NCBI GenBank assembly: GCA_043228905.1 | Contig: JBHGNT010000291.1 | Location: forward strand, 1 to 39,101 | Length of the DNA stretch: 39,101 nt | Direction: 5' to 3' | Source: Azolla caroliniana | Lineage: Eukaryota > Plantae > Polypodiophyta | The notes under the pieces: model-generated | What the model was told of the DNA's origin: nothing | The model's database searches: none | Seen by the model: the letters and a program-made list of their open reading frames with translations, nothing else | Part shown: in pieces, positions 12,512 to 23,400 of the stretch | Numbering within the stretch: the first letter of the stretch is position 1 | Layout: every line of letters starts with the position of its first letter | Made by a program: the position numbers and the translations under genes

Positions 12512-14182
12512 TCAACTTTCTTCCTTCTTTTCCATCAAAGCTACAAGTGATGGTGGAGGCTTAACAACTATGCTTTGTTTCCACGCCCTGTCCAGCTTGC
12601 GTGATTGTCGTTTATTAATACCCTTCTCCAGCTCTCTTTCCCTGTATATTGTCAGCATGCGTGCTATCTGTCATAAAAAATATGTATAAATTAAAATATG
12701 CATTAAAAAACTAAAAAACTAAACACAAGAAGAGAACAGAAATTTCAATGGTCTAGGCACGAAGGCATTCATTTCTAATGCATCCCGAGCACCAAAAACA
12801 TATTGTACAACACAGACATCAATGATTCCTCTTCACCAACACACCGTTTATTACTATCTAGTATTCAAGTTAGATTTTAAATTTTTATTAAGTTCTTAAT
12901 TATTGATGTAACTTCTCCTTTTTCATCTCCCCTGTTTCCTATTGTACAAGTATTTTATATCAACGTTGCACATAAAATTTGATTAAACATGTAAAATAGA
13001 CAAGACTGGCAAAAACAGAAAAACTTCCTTTCTCCAACAAGGCTCCCTTATGCTTTAAATTCGCAATGGCTTTAATATGAATACCAAATTCCTTTAAAAC
13101 ATACAAAGTAAGTTTTAAGTCTCTTGAATTCCCTTTGCCTTGGGGGGGGAAGGAGGAAAGCATGTGACAGGCCTTGTGGATACCTATTTTCCACCTTAAT
13201 TCAGCTGCAAAGATGCTAATGTGTGAGGACACACACGTGTTTCTAAAGGAGATCCACAATCTAGTCTGAAATTCGTCATATACATGGAATGTAATGTATA
13301 CAAAGGATGGGCAGGAACAAGGATTTACCAAACAATTTTATCATGAAAGGGGATTGTCGCTGGCATATCTTAGGATGATCATTGATATTAAAACATAAAG
13401 CCTTGGAAAAGTTCGTCATTCAGGAAAAATGATGTCTGCAGTCACTAAGATGTCCGTCAATTTTTAACTTCCCCATTAGAAATATTTATAAATTTCTACC
13501 GAATTTGTGATTACATCCCATAATTGCTACTATTTCATGCATGAAAGGGAAATCTCCCTAATATGAGGAGCACATTTTACAGGATTGTCGGTGATCAGTC
13601 ATACCCTCTCTTTATCCAGCAAAGTAAAGCTCAAACATTTTCATGCATACATACATTCATAGAATGGAGGAAAAGGAAGCTTCTTCTAAACAATATTTCC
13701 CCACAAACATGGTGAAGCTTCCTTTCACCATAGAGCTCGGAAATATACCAGATGAACAGAAATAGAAGTGTAGGATTAGTATTAGCAATATTCTTACCCG
13801 TTTCCTCATTCTTTGGAACTCACTGCTCTTGATCTCTTGTCTGGCAGCTTGCTTCATGCGCAGGACAACGAGCTCTCCTTTGAGTTCCACCACACTCTCT
13901 TTGATCTCGTCATCACTCATCTTCCTTAGCTCCTCGAGCTCTATCTGTCGCTTTGCCATCATCAACGTCTCCAATGGCTTGCCTCTGATTGATTTCGCAT
14001 AGAGAGCTACAGAGTTGGGGGGGAAACGGCATGGAATTCGGATCCCGTTAAAGAAAGAGCTACATCTGCTAGTACACTGGAGGTTTCTGTCGTTGTTGTT
14101 GTTATTGTTAGAGTGGGGCTATTGACATATGACCACGAAGAAGAAGAAGAAGAAGAAGAAGAAGGTCAGAACAGAAGGGGAA

Positions 14183-14238
<56 letters not shown>

Positions 14239-14301
14239 TGTATTCCTTACCGGTAGGGCCTTGGCCATAGAAACGAAGGTGAAGGCTGTGGATGCAGCCA
14301 T
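12512..14301 (-). CDS. RPL29: Nuclear-encoded plastid 50S ribosomal protein L29 (uL29c), 3 exons, ~161 aa with transit peptide
   Basis: Exons 14301-14251, 14076-13798 and 12667-12512, all GT-AG and phase 0. Transit-like MAASTAFTF..SSFFNGIRI, then MAKRQIELEELRKMSDDEI..LKGEL..RMRKR/IARMLT..RKLDRAWKQSIVVKPPPSL. The exon 2 acceptor was chosen because it keeps the frame. Confidence 0.93.
14138..14238. repeat. Compound microsatellite (GAA)n, (TG)n, (GA)n in RPL29 intron 1
   Basis: Directly visible. Confidence 0.95.
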
Positions 14302-15043
14302 CGCTCGCACGCACAGAGAAGACGGAATAAGAAGAAGAGGATAATGTATGGATGTTCTTCTTCGCACAAAGACTTTGTTCCGCTTTTTTACTGAACGTAT
14401 TCGTATTCGTATTCGTATTCACTCATTCCTTCATACATATATGATATACATAACATATGTATTTACATACATATTGGGCTCTTATTCTATGAATGGGTAA
14501 ATACCCCCTTTTTGTTGTAAACCAATTGTCTCATGGGCCAGGCCAATTTTGATCTTAGAAAATGTTAATACATCTTTCTTTCTTTCTATGTTACAAATTA
14601 TTCGATAATAATTTGCATTTCTGTTAATGCTGTAAAGTGCAGCAAAAAACGAAGAAGAGAGGGAATAGTTGTGGAAATTACAGAAATTTCGTTAAAAACC
14701 AGGGTACCGAGAGTACGAAATAACAACAATGGAAATAGAACACACAACATTTGATAATAGAGTTCGGCCTCTCCCCACACTTGCTAAAGCTCGTTTTACT
14801 AAAGGGAGAAAATATACAAAGTGTTTACAACACTTACACTTCACAAGATTTTCTCTCAAACTCTCCAATTCTCTAGTTTTTTTGGGGATCCCTACAAAAT
14901 GGGAGCTTAGGGGTATTATGCACCCCTTCCCTTGTTTTTAGCCAAAAATGTTTGGTTGGTTGTTTATGCATCTCCTTCACGATTGCATAAGGCATATGCA
15001 ATCACTCCTTACAATTAAGGAGAGTATTGAGGTTAGGGATGAT

Positions 15044-15123
15044 TGACAGCTATGGGATTTGAACCCACGCCCTGTCGGATTGGAGCCTAAATACAACACC
15101 TTAGACCACTCGTTCAAACTAGC
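15044..15123 (-). pseudogene. tRNA-Leu(UAG) pseudogene
   Basis: The minus strand reads GCTAGTTTGAACGAGTGGTCTAAGGTGTTGTATTTAGGCTCCAATCCGACAGGGCGTGGGTTCAAATCCCATAGCTGTCA. It has a plant cytosolic Leu-type D loop, TAG anticodon, long variable arm and T arm, with mismatches in the acceptor, D and anticodon stems. Confidence 0.85.
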
Positions 15124-15946
15124 ACAAGGGGAAAATGCTATCCCATGAGAAATCAGGACAAATGCATTTATGCAGTGAAACAGTGGAGAACAAAGGGATA
15201 ACAGCATACATAAATATTGTATTCTTGCATTCTCACAAACAAACGAGATTGACTTCTTCTTAGAAGAATAGTTAGGCAATTAATTAATAGGATCATCATC
15301 GTCATGTAACGCAACCCAATCTCACTGAATAAAGGCAGAGATTGATTCTTGAGTGCGAATAATAATACTCTACAGAACACTCCAAATTGTATGAGGACGC
15401 CCCACCACCGCTACTTCTATTTTACATCATCATCATCATCATCATAGTTGTGCAGATTGTTTCTTCATAAAGTGGTAATGGCTTTTAATTAACTCTGAAA
15501 AGCCACTCGCAGTTCAGTACGAGTGCGTACTTCACCGCATTTTTCATCCCACACACCAATTTGAAGGAAGTGGCAAGTCAGGCTATCAAACCGAATCGGG
15601 AGCCGTCCTTTTCCTCTCTCATGCCGCGGGTCCAGACCACATCCTACAATTCCTTCACCATTTTCTGGTGAATACCGTGAGCCCCTCCACTTCTTGCGTC
15701 CCATGAGCTATCCTAACCCACACTTTTTGAAAGGGGAGATCGCTTGCATAGAGAAAGTCTTCTGGCCTACAAATCTTAAATTCGTCTTATGAAGGAGCCC
15801 CACATCTTGGGGGCCTGTGGATGTTGTACATCAACACATACGCCGGTAGCGAAATGGATCCAGAGATGGTTGAATATATGCAAACTGCGGGGATGTCGCT
15901 GTAGACATTGGGTTTGAATGATCATGCTGAATTTGAAATTGAAGTT

Positions 15947-15965
15947 TTTAGGGTTTAGGGTTTAG
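15947..15965 (-). promoter_or_regulatory. Telo-box / short interstitial (TTTAGGG)2.7
   Basis: TTTAGGGTTTAGGGTTTAG, i.e. tandem AAACCCTA on the minus strand, inside the TIR element. Confidence 0.5.
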
Positions 15966-16119
15966 TATGAGACGAAAAGAAATGCAATTGTTGTTGAGGC
16001 ATGCTAGTGTTGGCAAATTCACAGAGAGAAAGAAAGAAAGAAAGATATATTAACGTCTTCTAAGGCCAAATTTGGCCCATGAGACAAATAGGTTACAACA
16101 AAAATGAGTGTTTATCCTA

Positions 16120-18930
16120 TCATCAAAACTAAAATAAAAGAAAATAGCTTAAGCTAAGAAAGTTCTAGTAGTGTACAAAACTTTGCACTAAGCCTAATCT
16201 CATTTCCACCCAAGTCTCTCAAAAAGAAGTGGGAGGTCAAAAGTTTTTGGTGTGGGTGTGACCCATGGTCCCGATGCATAGAGTGCCCTAGCCATGGCTT
16301 CTAGGCGGTGTAGTTCACGTTCCCTTATTTTCTTTATTACTTCTACATCTCGTCGAGTTGCTTTGAAACCCGGCATCCGAGGGCGTTTGGTTCTTCTTTG
16401 ATTTTCTACTTCATCAAGGAAAAGTCTGAGTGGTGCAGGTGTGTCGACATTCATTGTCTCCCCCTGTTCCTGAAAAACTTCATTTGTTATATGTTGGTAA
16501 ACATTAGCAACATTATTATCAACGTTTTGTAATTTATTTTCTCTGTGTTGTTTCAATTCTAAGATGTATCTACCTAATTTCTTTATATCTAGTGTATCTA
16601 ATAGTTTAGGGAGGGTGGGAGAGGAACCAAGTATGTCTTGGTATTTTGCCCTTATCTCGGCATAGGTGGGGCATTTGCATGTAAAATGGTACTCATCCTC
16701 TATCTCTATGTGGCATAAGCTACATATCCTTTCCTCCCTAGGGACTCCATTAGTACGTCCATTCTCAATCTCAAGTTGGTGAGATGATATTCTAAGTTGA
16801 CCAATGGCAACCCTTAGTGCATGTGGTAAGAATACATCTAGATATTTTGGGCGCGTGATAAAACCTAACTTAGAGAAGTGCATAAAGTGTTCCTTCTAGT
16901 ACGACATTTTAGATGGGAGTGGCTCTAGTGGGGTGATCCATTTATACCGAGTATAAATTTGCCATATTTCTTGTCGTATTACTTTATTACGGTCCTCATG
17001 AGAGATTAAAGTGTTATAAGTCATCTGGTCGTACTTAAGGGGGGGGAGGTTAGTAATGTCTAGACCGTTGGCAAGAAGCCAACTCACCATCATGCCATAC
17101 CATGAGCTAGTATAGCCGGACTCATACAATGCTCGAGAAGCCTTAAAGGCTTGGTGGGATATTCTATCAAGTGGTTGGTTATGTATCCTGTGTATAAAGA
17201 CTACCAGTTGAAAAAGTGCTTCTACTAACATAGGGGGTAGAGTGAACTCAGCCCTAATAATGTCATGTGGGACCGACAATTTGCTTCGGAGTTGGCGTGA
17301 TAACATCATCACCAATGGTCTCTCTAATTGCGTCCACATGAAAGATGGTAGTCCTGGGGCCCAAACCGCTGATGCATACATGAGAGAGGGAGTCACTAAT
17401 GAGTCAAAGAGCCACCCTTTAGTTCGTGGCTCTTGGAAGTATGCTTGGTGGCATTGTCTCTTGAGGAGTGAGAGGGATGCATGTCCTCTTGTAAGTCTAT
17501 CCTTCGCTGCTTGTGTCATCGAAAATTTACCTGAGCGGGCACTGAAAGTGACTCCGAGATAGACATATGATCCAACCACCTCAACTGGGCTATGGGAGAT
17601 AGTTAGGTGACACTTAGCTCTAACTTAGGCCGACGTGTGGAAGATAAGGACTTTAGTTTTCCCTAGATTCACTACCAATCCTCGTTGTGTGCAAAAGTCA
17701 TCTAAGGCATTAAGGTGCCTTTGTAGGTCATGTTCGGATTCAGAGAGCAAAACTATGTCGTCTGCATAGAGCAAGATACGCACCTGCGTATCCCCAAGGA
17801 CTACTCCATTGCCTCCCTTACGAGCAATAAAATCTGTGATCTCATCAATGTAGATCCCAAAAAGAGTCGGAGATAAGGGGCAACCTTGTTTTACACCAAT
17901 AGTGCTAGTGAAACTATCGGATATGCCGCCTGGGCATCGAACACACCCGGACACTTGTTCATATAGCGCGTAGATGGCCCAAACCATGTCATCTGGTATC
18001 CTCAAGCTCTTAAGCCTATCAAACAACCGCTCTCTAGGGACCGTGTCAAAGGCTTTGCAGAAGTCCACAAAACAACAATATAGTTTCTTCTTGCGAACCT
18101 TAGTCTGGTCAATTAAGCATCTAAGTGTGAAGATATGGTCAATAGTGGAGAAGGCTCGTCTAAAGCCAGCCTGTTCAGGTGCACGAAGATTTAAGGTCTC
18201 CATATACTCGCTAAGCTCTGCCTCCATTACTGCACCATATAATTTAGCAAGGGTATGACCTATCATAATGGTCCTATAAGTATTTGGGTCCATGGGGTCC
18301 CCCCCTTTATGTATGGGGGCCACTGTGTTCATGGTCCATTGTGGTGGAAAACCCTCTGCGAGGGCACAATTGAAGATTAGAGTTAGCAAGGGAGCTAGGC
18401 ACTCTCTCGCGTATATGATGTGTTCTGCTCGCAATCTTGTGTGGTCCATGGACTTCCTATGTTGTAATTTCTTTATGACCTTTGTGACCCTAGAGGTCGT
18501 GAAGAGTGTCCCCACAGTAGGTCGGGGTGTAGAAGGCATTGGAATGGGTGGTTGGTTTGGGATGTGGTAAAGTCTCTCTGTATAAGTGTGCCAAGTTTCG
18601 GGATCTTCGATGGGTGTTTGTGGTCTTGGTTCCCGTAATCTCTTCCATGCAGTGGCACAATCGCTACTCATGAGCATGTGGTAGAGTTCCCAATATTGGG
18701 ATGCCTCCCATGCTCGTCTCTTACGACGTGTCATCTTGCGCATTTCTTTACGAGCTTGTACTGAGGTAATACTACCACTGAGTTGCGATATTGTAAGTTG
18801 TCGATGTAAGCACCTACAATCCTCATCATACCATCTATTTTGTGGCATAGATCCTACTTTACCTTGATTGGAGTGTTTCATGTATGGGAAACTGCTAACT
18901 GCTGCAGAATGAAGGATGTGTGTGAGTTTC
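16120..18930 (-). mobile_element. 5'-truncated non-LTR retrotransposon (LINE, RTEX-like), RT plus C-terminal Zn-finger
   Basis: ORFs 17625-18881, 16896-17579 and 16200-16883 share one frame, broken by two in-frame stops. RT motifs QAGFR, FVDFCKAFDTV, GVKQGCPLSPTLF, LLYADD, YVYLG. Tail motif LRISSHQLEIENGR..REERICSLC..EDEYHF..CPTY. The 5' break joins (GA)n at 18931. The clade call is from motif recall. Confidence 0.9.
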
Positions 18931-20487
18931 GAGAGAGAGAGAGAGAGAGAATGAAAGATGACTGGTTTTTTTATCTTTCTCTGTCAGTGTAGATGAGCTT
19001 CTAGATGTATTATAGACATGTTTTGTTGCAACGTCTAGAGTAACCTACCTGATAATAATGAATAAGAAATTATATGTGAAGAAGCTTCACTATGTGATGT
19101 CTTCATTAGGGTCGTATTTGCAAACCAATGAAACATCAGCGAGGTAAGTAAGGCGTGCTAACAAAATATAATACAATAGACATTCTTATTTCTTGAAATA
19201 CAATCGCAAATAAACAAAGTTGCAACAAATAACACTTGGATCTTAATTCAAGGCCAATTATAATGAATGTTATAAAAAGGCTCTCAATAACTCTCCCCTG
19301 TGAATGTTATAAGAAATACATTTGAGACATCCAAGACAAAGAAACACCCTTAACCAAATTTTCTGTTGAGATTTGTTCCCCACTCTCTTGCTCCAAAAAG
19401 GCCAGTTTTTAGGACACCATTTCCACCTCTGTTTTCCTAGCTAGACCATCATGAGACAAGAAACTCAAATATCTTTTGTCATACCAATGTCAAGGGCCAG
19501 GAATTTTAATTCCCTCAAATAGTGTATAGGACGTTTCAGCACAGAATTAGTTACAATTACAAACAAGAGGACAAAAGCCAGTTTAACAAATTCTTATGAC
19601 CAACAAGCCAGGCTTCATGCCATTCTAAAATGACCAACAAGCGTACCGATACTGAACCAGCCAATCGTGACTATGCAGGAAGTCAGAACTATCTGATCAG
19701 CAAATACTAATATTTATAATCACCAATTTACAAAATGAGTGATTGAACAGTGTGATGCAAGCCCAATAAATGTAGGCCAATCCACCTGATACTCCAACAT
19801 CAACTATACTAAATTATCAACCACCATCAGTTCTTCTATCCCTAATGGGAAATTTGTCCTAAATCATCAAAGATAACTATAGCTGTAATGATATGAAGAG
19901 GTCATGTTTAACGTCTTTGATAATGCTGGTTTCAAGATACACCAGAAGGGGAAAAACATTTCACTATATAGACATTAAAGAACAAGGAAAACCATGAACT
20001 TAGTTAAAATTGCTAAATTGCTACAAATATGAACTATCATCTAAATATCAAACCCTCAACACCAAGTAACTTGAACTTGAATGTTCCAGTTTACTCTAAA
20101 CAATCATCTATATTAATACCCTAAATTGTGAGGAAAGCTCAAGTACCCTATTATTTAAGAATATACAATTTCTAGATTCCAGCTCACATGGGTCATAATA
20201 AGCTTTACCCAGTTCTATTGCTGCTTTACATCATGCATCACTGCATCTAGGGCCCAATATCACAAAAAGAATAAATAAACAGAATAGCTAGCCTAAGTAT
20301 ATAGATAGATACCTTAATGTTCCTGCCAGACCTCAACTACTGCATGAAGCTAGATACTCTATTAAGGAATGCCTATGCCGCATTACTAATATTATTTTCG
20401 TCTATGCCTTCAAAAATGTTTGGATCTTGTTGGCCACTGATGCATTTTTAATTTAAATCCCTCCTGCCAAGTGCTGGCTTGAGCAGC

Positions 20488-23400
20488 TCATGTTGCTGTT
20501 TTGTTTGACATGCATGACAAATGCATTTTTGGTCTCCATTCTGTTTGATGTTTGTGGAATCCACTCTTCAATTCATGTGCAGAATCTTTCATCTTATGAC
20601 TCTCCAAGTGTTTCTTGGTGGAAGTGGATAATGAAACTGCATTTTTTTCATCCTTTAAACCAGTTACATTCAGAGAGATAACAGGGTGTGAACTATCTGA
20701 CACAGGTAGTTCTGTTTTACCTACTGATCCAGCCTCAATGTTGGATTTTGCTGGAGAGTACACCATGACACAGCCCCTGGAGTTTTTGGGTGCATTATTC
20801 TGCTTTAAAGTCTTTGGCATGAATACTTTACAACCCAGATTAGTTTCATTCTGTTGCTTGACTTTCCATTTCCTAGGCATGGTATTGGGCACTTTTAATA
20901 TCCCCTCTCCAGAAAATCTGTTACACGTGCCTTTTTGTTCTTGTTCACGCACTTTGACAGGATTCTTTAAATGTTTCCAACTTTTACTGGATTCAAGTAC
21001 AGCAGAACTAGGTTTTTTCTGCACTATTCTTTGCTCACATCCGCCTTTCTTCTGGTTCTTTAAGTCTTCTTGACTTTTACTAGGTCTCACAATGATATCA
21101 TTGAAACCAGCTACAAAAGCAGCAAATTCATGAATCTTATTTTCCATTTGATTTTCAGAGTGCTCTTGGCTTTTACCAGGTTTGGCTATTTTGTCCTGAC
21201 AGATGCTGGCAGCAGTTTTCAGGACTGCCTTTGCATTACCTGTACACAAAGAACTATCTGTTTTATAAGCCAGCAATTTGACGTCTTTCTCCTCACTTTC
21301 AGCACCAGTAATCTTACTCTCTGCCTCGCTCAAGAACATTTCTTCATAAATCTCTTCTGGATTTTCAATATCCACGTTAATTTCTAAAATATCTGTTTGT
21401 GGCAAAATGATTTCAGTGGAGGATTCTGCCATCGAGGGAATGTCTGTCCCATGTATGTCAACATGGTTATGGTTCAAAAGCTTCTGCACTTTTGGTAGGA
21501 AGATTTTCTTGCTCTGTGTAATTCGTATAGAATACCGTTCGGAGCTTTGTTTCCCATTATCGGTCACCAGACTAGACAGTAGCTCTGACCCTTTGAGATC
21601 CTTAAAAGTACATTTTCCTTCTTTTCCAGAATCTTTCCTTGTATTCTTGCTTTGCCCCTCACTTTTTATCAATTGTTCTGATGCAGTTTTATGGAAATCA
21701 TTTGTTCCAGTTTTATGGACCTTTTTCCACTTCATATTCCTAGCTTGGTTATCAGGAACCAACAAACCTGAAGATTTTGTGCTGTGGAAACCACTAGGCA
21801 TAGCTGATTGAGCATTCTTAGCTAAGGCAGTGTTTTCCACTGACCTTACAGATAGTGCACCTGCTGTTCCTGGTGTAGAACCACACGCTTCCTTAGCTTT
21901 TTTACTGTGTAAATGACCAGGCACTGACAATTGACTATCCTCAGACAGAGCAGTGTTTTTCAATGCTCTTTCACCTGACATACGTGATGTAGAACCACAA
22001 GCTTCCTTCAACTTTGTAATGTGCAATCGACTAGGCTTAGATGAATTTTTTTCCTTAGCAAAGCTCATAGATTTCACTGCTATTTCAGGCAGTGTACCTA
22101 ATGTTCCTGGAGTAGATCCACAAGTGTCATTATATGTTTTACTGTCTTCAAATAAGGTAATATCATCAACTGTTTTTTTAGTGAGTGTACATGTTGTTGC
22201 TGACGTAGAGCCATAAGCTTCCTTTAAAGACTTGCCTGATGAAACACCATTATTCCAACAACTAGTTGATTGAGGTATTAGAACTTCAGTACTAGAGTTC
22301 TGTATATTAGAAAGATCATCACTATTATTGTTCTTAATCCTATTTTTTATAGCCTTTTTTACTTTTGGCACAAATATTTTATGGCCCATTTGAGACTTCA
22401 CAGTAAATTGTTTGCATCGTCGCCTAATACTGCCATTTCCATCCGAGACACCAGTCCCCCTTGGTTTCCATTGCTTTAAGCATTTGTCCAAAGCATCATT
22501 CTTCTTTTGTCCAAAATCATTCATGGCATAATGTGAAGATTCCTGGATCTTAGCATTCTCAACTGCATCATTGTGGGATACAAAGCCAACTCTATCATGA
22601 AAACAGTTCATTTCCCTGACAGTTTTGTCTTTTGGGTCCTCAGACTGGGCATCCGATTTTGAGTTGGCGGATGAGGCAGGATACAGCCAATCAGTAGAAG
22701 AAATAGATGAATTTCTAGCACTAGCATTAAAACTTTCTAGTTTAGATGGGATCCTACATGAGTCTTTGTCCTCCGCTGAAGAATCCAATGCTGACATAAT
22801 GGAAGGTAACACTGGCAGATGAGATTCTACAGTTTCTAATGCTGCAGAACATGGCTTCTTTTTTAAGGATACTACGTTCTTGGAGCTTACTTCTCCAACT
22901 GGGGTATGCATATCATCTGGTTGAGGTAGATCAATGTTATTAGAGGTTGGTAGCTTATGGATATCTGCAGCATCATTTATTATGGTTTCACCTTCAGCAA
23001 TCTTACCCAGGACCGCTCGTGATCTTCTCTGTGCATGGTCATCATTTGAATTAAGTGACACTACTGCTGATTCAGTCACACTATCTTGACTTTCTTCATG
23101 GAAATTGTTAATGATTACTTCATGACGAGACGCTTTTGTCAAAAATGTAACTCTCTTCTCTGGCAATGGCATAAAAGTGGATGACTTTGCAGAAAATCCT
23201 TTACCACTTTGATCTGTAGTCTTCCTTCTCCCTGCCTTCTTTTGCATGCCATAATTAGATAAAGGAGGCCTTGTTCCGAAGGCAGACGAAATCATTGGGG
23301 GCATTTCAACCTCACCACAGTGGAAGTCTTTATCCCTGAAATTCCGATATGCCCAATGATCCTCACGAGTGTCATGTGCATATGGTGCAAACGCAGGTTG

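Larger units (their letters stand above)
14495..16117. mobile_element. Non-autonomous long-TIR element (Mutator/Pack-MULE-like), ~1.6 kb
   Basis: 14495-~14590 (GGGTAAATACCCCCTTTTTGTTGTAAACCAATTGTCTCATGGGCCA...TCTTTCTTTCT) is an imperfect reverse complement of ~16025-16117 (...TGGCCCATGAGACAAATAGGTTACAACAAAAATGAGTGTTTATCC). No clear TSD and no transposase. Confidence 0.72.

Noticed and set aside
14108-14422. ORFs with HTHT/CVCV/RERE runs
   Set aside because: Translations of intronic microsatellites.
14750-14980. Nested solo LTR inside the TIR element
   Set aside because: LTR-like composition only; no TG...CA boundaries with a TSD could be established.
15044-15123. Functional tRNA-Leu gene
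   Set aside because: Mismatches in three stems and no oligo-T terminator immediately downstream.
20615-22216. Plus-strand ORFs overlapping the MOS1-like exon
   Set aside because: Antisense shadows of the long minus-strand coding exon.
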